Shown: one piece after another, positions 44,050 through 56,850 of the stretch | Position numbering within the stretch: the stretch's first letter is position 1 | Layout of the letters: each line of letters starts with the position of its first letter | Source: Camelus dromedarius | Taxonomy: Eukaryota | Reading direction: 5' to 3' | Assembly: GCF_036321535.1 (NCBI RefSeq) | Contig: NC_087436.1 | Location: 84,880,001-84,944,000, forward strand | Length of the DNA: 64,000 nt | Notes under the pieces: generated by a model | Database searches by the model: none | Told to the model about the DNA's origin: nothing | Seen by the model: only the letters and a program-made list of their open reading frames with translations | Program-made: the position numbers and the translations under genes

Positions 44050-45070
44050 TGTGGTTTTTTAACCCATGTCCTTACAGCTTTTTTCCAAGAGGGCCCAGAT
44101 GGCAGTCGGTAAACGAGTCTGACTCGGGGGTGGGCTGGGGTGTGGGTGGGGTTGGGTTTGCGGTCCTCTTCCCACCTGGGCTCGCGGCTGGGGAGCTGAA
44201 CGCCCAGCGTAGGACTGGGCGTCTCCTGGATCCAGACTCAGGGTGCACAGCGAGGTCGAGAGGCAAGAACTCGTGTATAGAAAGAAGCATTCGCGTACGT
44301 GACACCGTTTCTCAAACTTGCACCCAAGGGCACCTCCCTGCAGCTGGCTACCCCGAGGGTCTCCCTGACCCCCGCTAAGTTTATTTTAAAGTCGTGTATT
44401 ATTTTAAGATTGCATGTAAATGATACATTTACTTCCACAGCCTATACTTACTAGTTTCAATATAAAATTAAGAGTTCCATTTCCCCCACCTCCACGCACT
44501 CATTTCCTTTCTAGCTGCAATGCCAGGCTTGCGGCCCCTTCCCCACATCCCACCCCCACCCCCACCCCCACCCCCAATCCGGGCTCATTGCGAGGGGCGG
44601 GGTCGGGTCGAGGTCTGGGCGAGGAGTCGCATTTTGCGGAGCGCCAGGGGGGGAAACCTGAAGGGTCTTCAGCCTGAGAGGCGGGGCCAAGGGCGTGTCC
44701 TCCCCAGACCCCCGCCCACCCTGCCGCCTCCCGTGAGGCCGCGAGCGCGCGGCGTCCCAGAGCAAGGCGAGTCCGGAAGCTCGCAGGTGGCTGGGCCCGG
44801 GTGGCCGAGGGGAAGGCCCTGGGGGGGCGGCCTGAATCCTGGGGCGCGTTTGCGGACTGACCCTGTGCGTGACAAGGTAACAGCCACTCAGGAGCCCGCC
44901 TGCGGCAGCCAGGGCCGCTTCTCCCGCAGGGGCTACTCGGTGTGCTGGTTCCGAAAAGCCGCGGGCGCCGAGGTGAGCCAGCCATCGCTGAGGCCCGCCT
45001 CTTCCTTGAATTCGCTGGCATTGCTTAGCGAGGAAAATTGCCGCCTTCCTTTTCCTGGGAACCGTGTCTA
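44050..45070. promoter_or_regulatory. CpG island, likely promoter/first exon of the plus-strand CNB-domain locus
   Basis: High GC and CpG density in an AT-rich background, GC boxes (GGGGCGGGG ~44594, GAGGCGGGG ~44678), and a strong + strand donor GAG|GTGAGC at 44972/44973. Confidence 0.85.
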
Positions 45071-45869
45071 GTAGCCTACTGACCCATCCTGCTTTCTTTA
45101 GTCAGTATGAATGAGAGATGTCAATTTGGTTTCCAAAATTAGGCGATAGAACCGGAGTAGGAATCCAGATTTTCTATATTTGCCTCTGGAGAAAGCAAGA
45201 ATCAGAGAAGTGGCCCCTGGACTTTAAGTGGTGCTCCAAGTGTGGGGTGTACCTGTGGGAACTCTCTCTTGCTTGAGGAAGACTGGTTTCATAACTGAGG
45301 TCACACAGCATAGAAGAGAGAGGGGCTTGTTTTTTATTTCGGTTTTCCTGTCACAAACTGGATGAAGAATCCGTCTGTTAAGGGTCTCTCCTCTCTTCTC
45401 TTTCACAGAGAAGTGAAAAACAGCTGATAAGATAGCACCATTCCAACTCTTTAAGGAAAAACCCAGAAATATTTTTCCTTGCTTGATTTAGAACTCGGGA
45501 AAAATGTCAGATAAAATGATGTATCTACCTAGGCAGGCACCTAGATGTGGAATCTTTGGATTGCCCTTAATGAAGTAATGCTGGGGCAAAAATCTCATTG
45601 AGTCCAGGTGAGGATAGCACTTGGGCAATGAGACACCTGGTGTGGGGACCTCTGAGGACACAATAACAGCAACAAAAAACATGATATTTATTGAGAATTT
45701 ACTATGTGCTTATGCGTGATTCTAAGCAAATTACATATACTATTTAATACAAAGTGAGATTCTGAGTGCTTAACTGCATTATTATTTAGTTTTGACAAGC
45801 ATATGAAGTAGCTGCTATTATGAGTCCCATTTTACAGATGAGAAAACTGAAACATGGAGTTTTTCAGGT

Positions 45870-46265
45870 AGGTGGGTGGCCCTATTCTCCAGCTGCTAAG
45901 AGTATAGGCTGCCAACAGCTCACAGCTGCGCCTTCTCTCAAGACTAGCCCTTGCTAATGGAACAGCCTCACTGGGAAATGCCCAGGTGGTTACACCCCAA
46001 GACTTGCAGGTGTGGTCTGTAGCTGAAGGAAGATTGCTAGGAAGACACCTCCTGCCTCAAAAGGGAATAGCTTTGCAGTGTCGTTCATACTCCACAGCTG
46101 CCTGTGGGATCAGGCTGGGGATACAGCTGGACCTACATCTTTGCTTTGCTTCTTCCCTTTCCCTGTTCTGCTCGCCCCACTTCCCTCTAGTTTTCACCTG
46201 AGAACCTCAAATCACTAGGACAAGCATCCTTATCTCAGGCTCTGCTTCTGTGAAACCCGACATAA
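45870..46265 (+). mobile_element. ERVL LTR (LTR16/LTR33-like) inserted into a MIR
   Basis: ctgccaacagctcacagctg...tctcaggctctgcttctg...aacccgacataaca. Confidence 0.55.
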
Positions 46266-46283
46266 CACAGCTACTCTGCTGTA

Positions 46284-46628
46284 CAGGCATACCTCAGATT
46301 TGGTTCCAGACCACTGCAATAAATTAACTGACACAATAAAGTGTTTCACATGAATTTTGTTTGTTTCCCAGTACATATGAAAGTTATTTTTACACTATAG
46401 TCTATTAAAAGTGTGTGATAGCATTTTATCTAAAAAATGTACATACCTTAATTTAAAAATACTTTATTGTTAAAAAATACTAACCATCATCTGAGCCTTC
46501 AGCAAGTCGTAATCTTTTTGCTGATAGATTTGCTCAATGCAGGGTTGCTACAAGCCTTCAATTTGTAAAAAACAAAAACAAAAAATCCCCACAGTATCTG
46601 TGAGGTACAATAAAAAGAGGTGTGTCTG
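46284..46628 (+). mobile_element. Tigger2-family (Tc1/mariner) non-autonomous DNA transposon
   Basis: TA|CAGGCATACCTC...GAGGTGTGTCTG|TA: imperfect terminal inverted repeats and TA target duplication. Confidence 0.85.
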
Positions 46629-47964
46629 TACTGGGTTGTGAAGTTTTCAGAATTTTATTCTTTATTCCCTAATGATAAGTCTATGGAAAGACAACTCACT
46701 AGTTTCAAACATGTATCAGATGACTTTCTCTTACAGTTAGCACAGTGAAATATATTAAGGAAGCTATGCTGCTAAAATACTACTTTGTGTAAAGGAAATA
46801 ATAGAATGGCTTCTTTTAGATGCCAGTTGGTAAAGAAAACCCTATTCCTACCAGGGATGGAGATAGCCAGAGTAGGTGACAGGTAAGTAGTTATGCATTG
46901 AGTTCTTGATTGATGAAACAGGTTATGAGAAGGAAATGTGTTAATGCTGTTTTTAAAAGCTTTATGGAGAAACAGTTGACGTAGTGAAAGTGTACTTCTT
47001 GATACGTTGATATATGCATATACCCACAAACTATCACTACAGTCAAAATAATGAAAATAGACTTCACTCCTCAAAGTTTCCACAGCCCCTTTCTGGTTCC
47101 AGGCAACCACTGTTTTTTGTTTTAGTAACATAAGGTTGAAAAAGACTTTAGAGGTCATGAGCTTCAGTTGTTCAGTAGCTGGGCATGCCTGAGCACAAGG
47201 CATGCGGGGATTTCCATGGGCTAAAACCAGGAGGGATGTTGAAGTAACTGGGGCCAGGCTGCCATCTGCTCATAGGAAAGAAGATGCATGCAAAGTTTGA
47301 TGCTGATGATAGCTTTGGCATTCAAGGCACAGATCTCACGTGTGACAAATTCTGATGAGGTTCAGGTAGACCTTGGGATTGGGACAGCTTGGGTTTAGTG
47401 ACAGGTTAAAGGAGGCCATGTGAGGGAGTGATGCTGTCCTTGAACTACACAACCAAAATAAAAACATACAAACTCAACTCTCCACCCAAACTCAGAACTG
47501 CAAGCTTGGGACTGGACAAGGAGTCTCCTGATGGGTGGGGCAGTGGATTTCTGCCCTTCAGGTTTGACATTCTCTTGGCTCTCTTTTTGATTGCTCCTGG
47601 CTACGTGAGACATACTTGCCCATTTTAACTCTTTGGCTCAAGTTTGCTACCTCATAGTCCAGCTCAGACATATTTAGAATGTTCTGAGGCACTGCTGAAG
47701 GCTCTGGCAAAAGCAGCAGAGTGCCATAGTTCTAGATAATCTGGCATTTCAAACCTAATTTTCTCATCTTTGCTTTATGGTTCTTTGTCTCATGCCTGGA
47801 AATCCCTTTCTTTGGCTCCTCAAAGTTCAACCAACCCAGTTCCCCACTAACTCCTTTCTCCTCTCGCTCCTTTCTAGAGGATTCTTAGAGCACAACAACT
47901 GATGGTTAGCTTCATAATCCAGCTCTTGATCTAGCTCAGTGGTCTAGATCTCAATGGTCTGTAT

Positions 47965-48262
47965 CAGTGCTGTCCAACAGAAATACAGTGCAAGCCACAA
48001 ATGTGAGCCACACATGTAATTTTACATTTTTAGTGGCCACTTTAAAAAAAAAGGGGGAGAACAAACAGGTGAAATTATTTCTTAATAATATATTTTCAAC
48101 CCAGTGTCTCTAAAATATGATCATTTCAACAAGTAATCTATATAAAAATTATTAATGAGATATTTTACGTTCTGTTTTATACCAAGTCTTTGAAGTCCAC
48201 TGAGTAGTTTACTTACAGCACATCTCAATTTGTATGAATGATATTTACGTATTGGACAGTGT
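47965..48262. mobile_element. hAT-Charlie MITE (MER3/MER33-like)
   Basis: cagtgctgtccaacagaa...gtattggacagtg terminal inverted repeats. Confidence 0.75.
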
Positions 48263-48612
48263 GAGTCTAGATATAGGCCTGGATCCAAAATTAACTAAGT
48301 ATTCTAGGGGAAGAGAGGAAAAATAGGAGTTTTGTTTTGGACACACTGAGTTTGGGGTACTGGTAGCATCCCTGTGGACAGTGACAGTAAGCTTTTGGAA
48401 ATGCAGTTCTAGAGCAGTAAGACAGCATCTTCCTTGGTTTTTGAATCCGTACCTTAGAGTTTTCCCCCAGATCCTAACTTGCACGTTAAACTGTGTATGT
48501 TCTACTCCAGTCAGTTCATCTCCATGTTGGCTGATTTTCTTGCACGTTTTCTCTGCCAAGCAAGTACATATCACATACATTTTTCTATACATTTATATCA
48601 TCTCTCCTTCAG

Positions 48613-48721
48613 GTACCCTGGAAAGGGTCGAGCAGAAGAATGCGCACCGTTTTACTTCATGAAGAACCATTCTGTGAATGAACTATTATTCAGCATAAGC
48701 AATTAGTCTAAATATAACTTG
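48613..48721 (+). pseudogene. CNBD-like locus, putative exon 2 ((R)YPGKGRAEECAPFYFMKNHSVNELLFSISN*SKYNL)
   Basis: Strong acceptor atctctccttcAG, donor TTG|GTTAGT, retained CpGs, in-frame TAG at 48704-48706. Assignment to the gene is inferred from position and phase. Confidence 0.55.
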
Positions 48722-50998
48722 GTTAGTATTTTTAAATCTGCATCCTAATTAATAGCTATCTAGAACAGTGTATCTTAAAAAATTTTTATCTAATTGTAAA
48801 AGTAATACATAAAAATGATATCACCTTGGTTAAAGGTTAAAAAAAGGATGACAATACTCAGTATTTCAAGCATGTGAAGAAATAGACACCTTTCTGTGGT
48901 GTGAATGTAAATTTCTACAGGGATTTTGAGGACTGGCAATATGTATTACAATTCTAAATGTGTATACCTTTGCTTCTGCAATTTCAATTTTAGGAATTTA
49001 TGCCATAAGAATGACTGGGTAAGTGCCCACATTTGTGTGTGCAGGAGTGTTGATTCTATTGTTGTTTTTGTTTTTTTTAAAAAGGAAGCAACTTATATTT
49101 CAACAACCATTTATTGGGCACTGTAGTAGGTATGGGGCTACAACAATTAATCAGACATAGATGGTCTCTGCTCTCATATAGCTTGTGTTTTAGGAAAGAA
49201 GACAGCCAACTAAACATTTATTGAGCGCAGTCTGATGTTATAGACTGTGGTTGAAACACATTTGAGGGGAGCTGAACCCAGACTTGGGGAGGAAGTGAAG
49301 GTTTCTCAAGGAAGTGATATCTAAATTGAGTGCCGAGGGGTAACTGAGTTACATATGTTATGATAGATCATATAATGGAGCATGATGCAGCTATTAAAAA
49401 TGATGATGTACATGTGGAAAGAAGTAAACAATATAGTATTGAAAAAAATTGGGCCATAAAATAGAAAAATATAACTTTAGCCTCAAAACATAATTGTGGT
49501 TGGTAGAATTTCAATAAATTGTCACTTTCAAATGTAAATATGTTACTTTCATAATCAGAAAAGATTGTAGGTGTTTTTAAAAATTTGAAATTAAAGTAGT
49601 ATAGGTTAAGTGTAGGAAATTTGGAAATTATAGAAAGATTAAAAAAGAAGAAAATAAAAATGACTAAAAATCCCATGCCCAAGATGACAGATAATCAATT
49701 GTAACATTTTGGTGTATTTTCCACCATTCTTTGTATGCATATGAATGTATTAGCTCTTCTCATAGTGATATGTGCTTTGTAGGCCAGTTTTAAATTTTAA
49801 TATAAAAAATAATTTGAACTTATTATTCATATATATATCTATCACAGAGTAAAACTTAATCACCAAAATTATAGTTTATTATGCTCAATAGAGTTAAATT
49901 CTTATGTTTATTTGGGAAATATCTTAACATCAAATGAAGCAATGCACTTTCTTCTGTTTTCTTTTTTTAATTTGGTACAATTAAATTGTTATATGTTAAT
50001 CATATCAATAATAATTCTCTTCTAGATGCTGGCATTCATATAAGTAGATTATAGGGTTAAACTGGGTAAAAGTTCATTTTTCATGAGCATACATGAATGA
50101 TGTTACTAGATCCCATTAGAACAGTGCCAGTCATGATGGGAGGGTAAATTTGCTTCACACTGTACAGTGTAGTTCCAAGTGTAGACTGGAGGTGTAGTGG
50201 AGCCCTGTTCCTTGACTTAAGGATAATATGTTGTATCATCTCTTCTATATTGCTTGGGTAGACTGTAGTAGTGCTGTCATTCATTCCTTTTAAAGATAGC
50301 TACTAAAAACCAGAAGAATTAAGTCAACATATTCCCTGTGTGTCCTTGATAGGCATTTTAAATAGCCAGAGAGTTTCTTCCTTATATAGGAAAGCAAAAC
50401 ATGTAAACTGTGTCAAGGGATGTAAAGTACTTGGAATAGTGCCTGATACATACTAAATGCTCAATAAATTACTGTTATTATTACTATTAATAAGAACAAA
50501 TTATCAGCGTAAGTCTAGAAATGTCTTAGATCTATATTCAGATTCTCATCATTGGTTATGGGATGTGAAGAGTAAATTGATATCAAGATACAGGATGAAG
50601 GTCATACTTTTTCATATTGATGCCTAAGACCTGGAATAAAAAGTTAAACAAAGACCCTATACTGGGATAAATAAACTCAACTGAACTGAGTCTGTGTTTC
50701 GCTTAGAGCATAGCCCTCAGTCAGTTAACACTATTTTGAAACTGAATTCCCTAGGTAAAAAGGAAACAACTACTCTTGACACTTCTGTAAATGTTCATGG
50801 AGTCTGTTTGGTGAATGTGATCTCTCTTCAACTGAGTTGACATGAGAGTAATCTGCATTCATGTGGCGCCTTATACTCATAACAAGAAATACCGCTTTGT
50901 TGATCCAGGCTGTAAATCCTTTCCAAATTTTTAGGAAAAAAGTACGTTCATGGGGGACAGATAGGATATATTCAATGTAAACACGCTTTGTTTTACAG

Positions 50999-51068
50999 AG
51001 CAAAGATTTGGAAAAGCTGAAAACATTTTGTTAATTCAACCTAAGCATAGAAACCAAGAAAATCTCAG
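50999..51068 (+). pseudogene. CNBD-like locus, putative exon 3 (SKDLEKLKTF / LLIQPKHRNQENL)
   Basis: Acceptor ctttgttttacAG, donor CAG|GTAAAG. L-x-x-x-P-x-x-R-x-x-E-x-L motif resembles the helix preceding CNB domains in CNBD/Epac-type proteins. Confidence 0.6.
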
Positions 51069-52219
51069 GTAAAGAAATAAAGATTTTTTCTTGATATATG
51101 ATTATTCTAATGTTATTAATAATGCTTTTCTTCTATCATTTTAAGCAAATACAGGTTAACACTATAAAAACACCATGCTGGATTATTTTTCTTACATTTT
51201 TACTCTCCTAACCCTTGCCTTAATTTTAGAAGTTTAGAAAACAAAATGGGGTTAAATAAAGATGGTTTGAATATATATGTTTTCTTTTGGTAGTGAAACA
51301 ATTTTTTCTTTTATTTGTATCATAATATTAATTAAATAAATAGTAATCATTGAGTTCCTACTATGTGTTATGTTTGAGGTATGTATTTGAGATAAATAAT
51401 TGATTTTGAATATAAATACATTTATTTAAGCCTATTAAAATGTTTTCTGTAATTTTAATTTATTAATCTTTGAACAAACTGCAAAGTGATTCATCATGTA
51501 GATATAAATCTCTGTCCCTAGGAGATTAGGTGGACCGTCTCTGCTTCTATTAAAATTTTAATATACTTAGGTAAATTGGATTTACATTTGTTGTTTTTTA
51601 GCCTCTTAAGGATATTTTGTAAACCAGCTATAAAGTAAAAAGAGGTATTGATTTTTAAACATTTTAAGATATTAAGCATTTCAAAGTATCCTAAAAAATA
51701 AAGTGCTCTATTACAAGTATTCATCATCTTTGGCATCAGACATTTCTAAAAGTCAGTGTTTTCTGTGCTTGTGACATTGCCTTGAATCCACCAATACCAT
51801 TTTAGTCTGGGAGGATCCAACAGTGGTAAGTATTATAGCCATGTAAGTTCTTGTAACTATGAGCTAAAATTCATGTCTGGATCCAGACAGTCCTCAACTT
51901 AACAGTGAATTTACAACTTGGGAAAAGTAGTATAAATAAACATGATTTAAGTTAAATTTATCTTTCTCATAGAATCTATTTTAAATACAGAATTGTCTTT
52001 CTGAGGGTGTAAAATAGATATTTACTCACTCTATGAATCATATGCGTACTATGGGAGATTTAAGCTTGGGAATCTTGGACATTTAAATTGCATGGGTGAA
52101 TAGTAATAACTGGATACTGCTGATTTGCTTTTATTTTGGGCTTCAGTTACCTGGGACTGAGACCCATTTATTTCAGGTTACTGAGTGTAACCCCTGTGTT
52201 CAGCTGAAGCTAAACAATT

Positions 52220-53840
52220 TTTAAACTTTTTATGTTGATAATCTTAGGCTTGCAGAAGAGTTGCAGAGGTAGTGCAGATAGTTCCAATATACACTCTACC
52301 CAGCCTCCCCAAATGTTAATAATGTCTCATATAGCCATGCAACAATGACCAAAATTAAGAAATTAAGATTAGTTCTGTAAATACTGTTAACTAAACTACA
52401 GACTATTTAGATTTCCCCAGTGTTTCCACCATCTTTTTTTTCTGTTCCAAGATTCAAGTCAGGAGACCACAACTGCTTTTAGTTTTTGTGTCTCCTTACT
52501 CTCCTTCAATCTGTGACAGTTCCTTAGTTTTTCCCTTATCTTACTGCCTTGGCACTTTTGAGGAGTACTGGTTAAATGTTTTGTAGAATGTCCTTCAGTT
52601 TGGGTTTCCTTTTTTCTCATGATCAGACTGAGGTTATGGCTCTTGGGTACATGACATCAATATGTCTTATTACTGGTGATGTTATCCTTGATCAGTTGGC
52701 TAAGGTCGTATTTGCCAGGATTCTCCATGGAAAGTTATCATTTCCCCATTCCATGTTCTGTCCTCTGAAAGTGAGTTACTTAGTCCAGTCCAGTCCAGGG
52801 GAATTAAGATCCATCTTCTGGAGGGAGGAGTATTTAAGAAATTGCAGACATATGTTAAAACCACCACAGTAAGTAATAAATATTTTGTAGGAGATCCTTG
52901 GAGACAGTGTGGGTGCTAGTTTCTCTTTAAAGTTTCACTCACTAGTTTCAGCACTCATCAGTGGATCTTGCCTGCAGCAGTTACTACTTTGATACTTTAA
53001 TGGTGATTTATTTCCCTTATTCTTTCTGCATTTATAATTCTGTTGGGAAGAACTGCCTCTTTTTATTCATTCATTCATTCAGCTGTATATTTTTATCAGT
53101 ATGGTCTTACAGATATTTATTACCTTATGGATACTTACTTTATTCTTTGGGTTGTAACTCATTATTATCATTATTTATCATATTGCTCAAAGTATTCCAG
53201 CTCTGGCTATCAGGAGCTCTCAAGGGTTGGCTCATGTGTCCTTTGGACAGACCCACATCTTTTAATTAATTTTCTTTATTACTATTATTTTTATCATCAA
53301 CTTACTTTCTGGCATTGTAAGATTCTCCAGATTTATTTTGTATTCTCTATGCCCTAGTCCCTAAACCAGCCATTCTTTAAGAAGCATAGTTTCTTTTATT
53401 GGAAAATGGTATTTAGAAACCAAAATCTGACCTCTAGGTGTTCTTGTTACAACTGGAGAGTCATTACTTCTAGGTCCTTTCAGTGCAAAGAGTTAACAAG
53501 TGTTTGTAGTATATTAACCCATGTATCTATATTCATTTCTGTATATATCCATCTGTATATATATTAAAATAAACATTAGTTCATATAGATATCTCCAAAT
53601 TCAGTCTGTTACCTTAGGATTTACTCTAACACTCCCCATTTACTTATTTGAAACTTCTTTCTCCCCCAGGTACAAACCTGACTGTCACTATCTACAACAT
53701 ATTTCTTATTTTTTCAACTCTAGTATATATGTAAAGTAGTTTCAGAATTACTAACCTAGACCTGTGAGATACATATTTACCAACAAGAATATAGTGTTTT
53801 GTCTTTAGCCTTTCGTCTTTAGCCTTAGAATATCAAAACT
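52220..53840 (-). mobile_element. Old L1M 3' UTR
   Basis: Diverged L1MC/MD-like text. Boundaries approximate. Confidence 0.6.
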
Positions 53841-53854
53841 CTGTTATAGAAAGT

Positions 53855-55665
53855 TATTTATCCATGAAATCATTGACAAGACCAATATCATGAATCTTCT
53901 CCCCTTGTTTTCTTCTAGAAGTTTTACAGCTTCAGGGCTTACATTTAAGTCTTTTATCCATTTTGAATTGATTTTTGTGTATGGTGTAAGATAAAGGTCC
54001 AATTTCATTCTTTTGCATGTGGACATCCAGTTTTCCCAACACCATTTGTTGAAGAGACTATCCTTTCCCCATTGTGTGTATTTGACATTCTTGTTGAAGA
54101 TCAGTTAACTATATATGTGTGTGGATTCATTTCTGTGCTGTCTATTCTGTTCATTTGCTCTGTATCTGTCTTTATGCCAGTGCCATACTATTTTAATTAC
54201 CGTGACTTTGTAATATACTTTGAAATCAGGAGATATGATACCTCCAGCTTTGTTCTTCTTTCTCAATATTGTTTTGGCTATTCAGTGTCCTTTATGGTTC
54301 CATATTAATTTTAGAACTGCCTTTTCTATTTCTGCAAAAAAAACTATTGGAGTTTGATAGGGATTGATTTGAGTCTCTGGATTGCTTCGGGTAGTCTGGA
54401 TATTTAAACAATAGTCAGCCGTCCAAGCCATGAACATGAGATGTCTTTCCATTTGTTTGTAACTTACTTAATTTCTCTCATCAGTGTTTTTATAGTTTTC
54501 AGTGTACAGTCTTCTCCATCCTTAGTTAATTTTATTCCTAAGTATTTTCTTCTTGACACTATTGTGAAAGAGATATATTCCATCATGACATTGATCTTGG
54601 CAGTTGTTTCATTGATATGACGAAAGCACAGGCAACAAAAGCAAAAACAGACAAGTAGACTATATCAAACTAAAAGGCTTCTGCACATCAAAGGGAGCAA
54701 TCAACAAAATAAAAAAGGCAACCAATTGGATGACAGATAATGTTTGTAAACCATTTATCTGATAAAAGCTTAATATCTCAAATATGTAAGAAACTGCTAC
54801 ATCCCAATAGCAAAAAACCAAATACCTGATTAAAAAATGGGCAAAGGAATTAATAGACATTTCTCCAAAGAAGACATACAAGTGGCCAACAGGTATATGA
54901 AAAGATTCTTAAGGCCACTAACCATCAGGAAATTAAACCATGATAAGATATCACCTCACACCTGTTAGGATGGCTATTATGAAAAAAATAAAAAGAGAAC
55001 AAGTATTGGCAAGGAAGTGGAAAAACTGGAATCCTTGTATACTGCTGGTGGGCATGTAAAATGGTGTAGCCACTGTGGAAAACAGTATTGAAATTCTTCA
55101 AAAAATTAAAAGTAGAACTATCATATGATCCAACAGCCCCACTTCTGATATTTTTCCAAAAAGAATTGAAATCACAGTTGAAATCAGGGATTTGATGAGA
55201 TATTAGCATTCCTATTTTCATTGTAGCATTATTTACAATAGCCAAGATGTGGAAATAATCTAAATATCCATTGACAAATGAATGGATAAAGAAATTGTAG
55301 TATATCCATACAGTGGAATGTTATTTAGCCTTCAAAAAGAATGAAGTTCTGATACACATAAAAATATGGATGAACCTTGAGGACATTGTGATAATTGAAA
55401 TAAGCCAGTCACAGAACAACAAATACTACATGATTCCACTGATTTGAAGTATCTAGAGTAGTCAAACTTACAGAAGCAGAGAATAGAACAGTGCTTGCCA
55501 GGGGCTGGGATGAGGGGGTAATGGAGAGTTATTACTTAATAGCCATACTTTCTATATGGGATGATGGAAAAGATTTGGAAACAGTGGTGCTGGTTGCACA
55601 ACAGTGTAAATGTAATTCTTGCCATTGAATAGTATACTTAAGAATGATTTAAATGGCATTAAAAA
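53855..55665. mobile_element. L1 with 5' inversion (minus 53855-54570, plus 54580-55665)
   Basis: Consecutive ORF2 segments in opposite orientations, followed by a + strand 3' UTR. Confidence 0.75.
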
Positions 55666-56184
55666 TTTAAAAGCTATGGTCACAACATGTAGAAATTGAT
55701 ACTTAAGGTTTTAAGCACTCTAAAATTTCAAATTTTTCAATCAAGTAGCCATTGCAGAAAACTGTTACCAGCAGGTCAGAAAATGAGGAATTTTAGTTAA
55801 TCAAGTGGCCATATAAATAGTAAATTAAGCCTGTACATCATAAACATCAAATTTCAAAAAATCTAAGTATTAACACAAATCTATACTTATTTAAGAATTA
55901 AATGGAATTTTAATTATTTAGTATTTAATTTAAGGATCATACTTATAAATATCCTTCAACAATGAATGAATAAACAGATACGATGAAACACGACTGAATA
56001 ATAAAGAAGAACAAACTTGATTCACATAAGACAAGGATGATCTTAAATGCATTTTGCTAAGCCAGACACAAAAAGTAACATAATGTATGATTCTCTTTAT
56101 ATGGTATCATGGAAGGCAAAGCTATAGGGAAAGAAAACAGATTAGTGGCTGCCAGGAATTAGGAGTCAAGCAAGGGGTTACCTA

Positions 56185-56850
56185 AGAGTGGGATTACTGG
56201 GTTGTATGATAATTCTATAGCTTTTTGAGTAATTGCCATACAGTTTTCCATTGCAGCTGTACAATTTACATTCCCACCAGCAATGCCCAAGGGTTCCAGT
56301 TAATTCACATCCTCACCAATACTTCTTATTTTATTCTACTACTACTACTATTATTATTGCTATGCTGGTAGGTGTGAAGTGGTATCTCATCCTGTGTTTG
56401 ATTTGCATTTCCCAAGTAACTAAGAATGTTAAGCATCTTTTCGTGTACCATTTCATGGCTATTCGTATATCTTCTTTGGAGAAATGTCTATTCAAATCCA
56501 TTGCTCATTTCTTAATTGGCCTGTTTGTCTTTTTGCTATCTAGTTGGGAGTTCTTTATATATTCTGGGTATTAAACCATTGTCAAATATATGATTGCAAG
56601 GATTGTCTCCCATTCTATTGGTTGTCTTTTCACTTTCTTTGATAATGTCCTTTGATGCAAAAAGTTTTAAGTTTTGATGAAGTCCAGTTTATTTTCTCTA
56701 TGGCTGCTTGTGTGTTGTATTTAAGAATCTATTACCAAATCCAAGGTCATGAAGGTTTACCCCTATATTTTCCGGTTTAATATTTTTACGTCTTATATTT
56801 ACATCATAGGTCCGTTTTTCGAGTTTATATACAGTGTGAGGTAGGGGTTA
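56185..56850 (-). mobile_element. L1 ORF2 3' fragment
   Basis: Antisense L1 text (catacagttttccattgcagctgtacaatttacattcccaccagcaatg). Confidence 0.8.

Noticed and set aside
44877..44929. GT...AG pair suggesting an intron within the CpG island
   Set aside because: Only 53 nt, below the usual minimum mammalian intron size.
44500..45071. Long ORFs on both strands (173 aa and 183 aa) in the CpG island
   Set aside because: Pro/Arg/Gly-rich low-complexity translations are expected from GC-rich DNA and show no domain. Only the short stretch before the 44973 donor may be exon-derived.
48245..48592. 115-aa minus-strand ORF
   Set aside because: No recognisable domain; partly overlaps repeat relics.
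50026..50065. Candidate 40-nt exon (MLAFI*VDYRVKL) whose phase 1 exit fits 50999
   Set aside because: Contains stops in all three frames and has a weak donor. The 48613-48721 exon already supplies a comparable segment, so this is kept only as an alternative.
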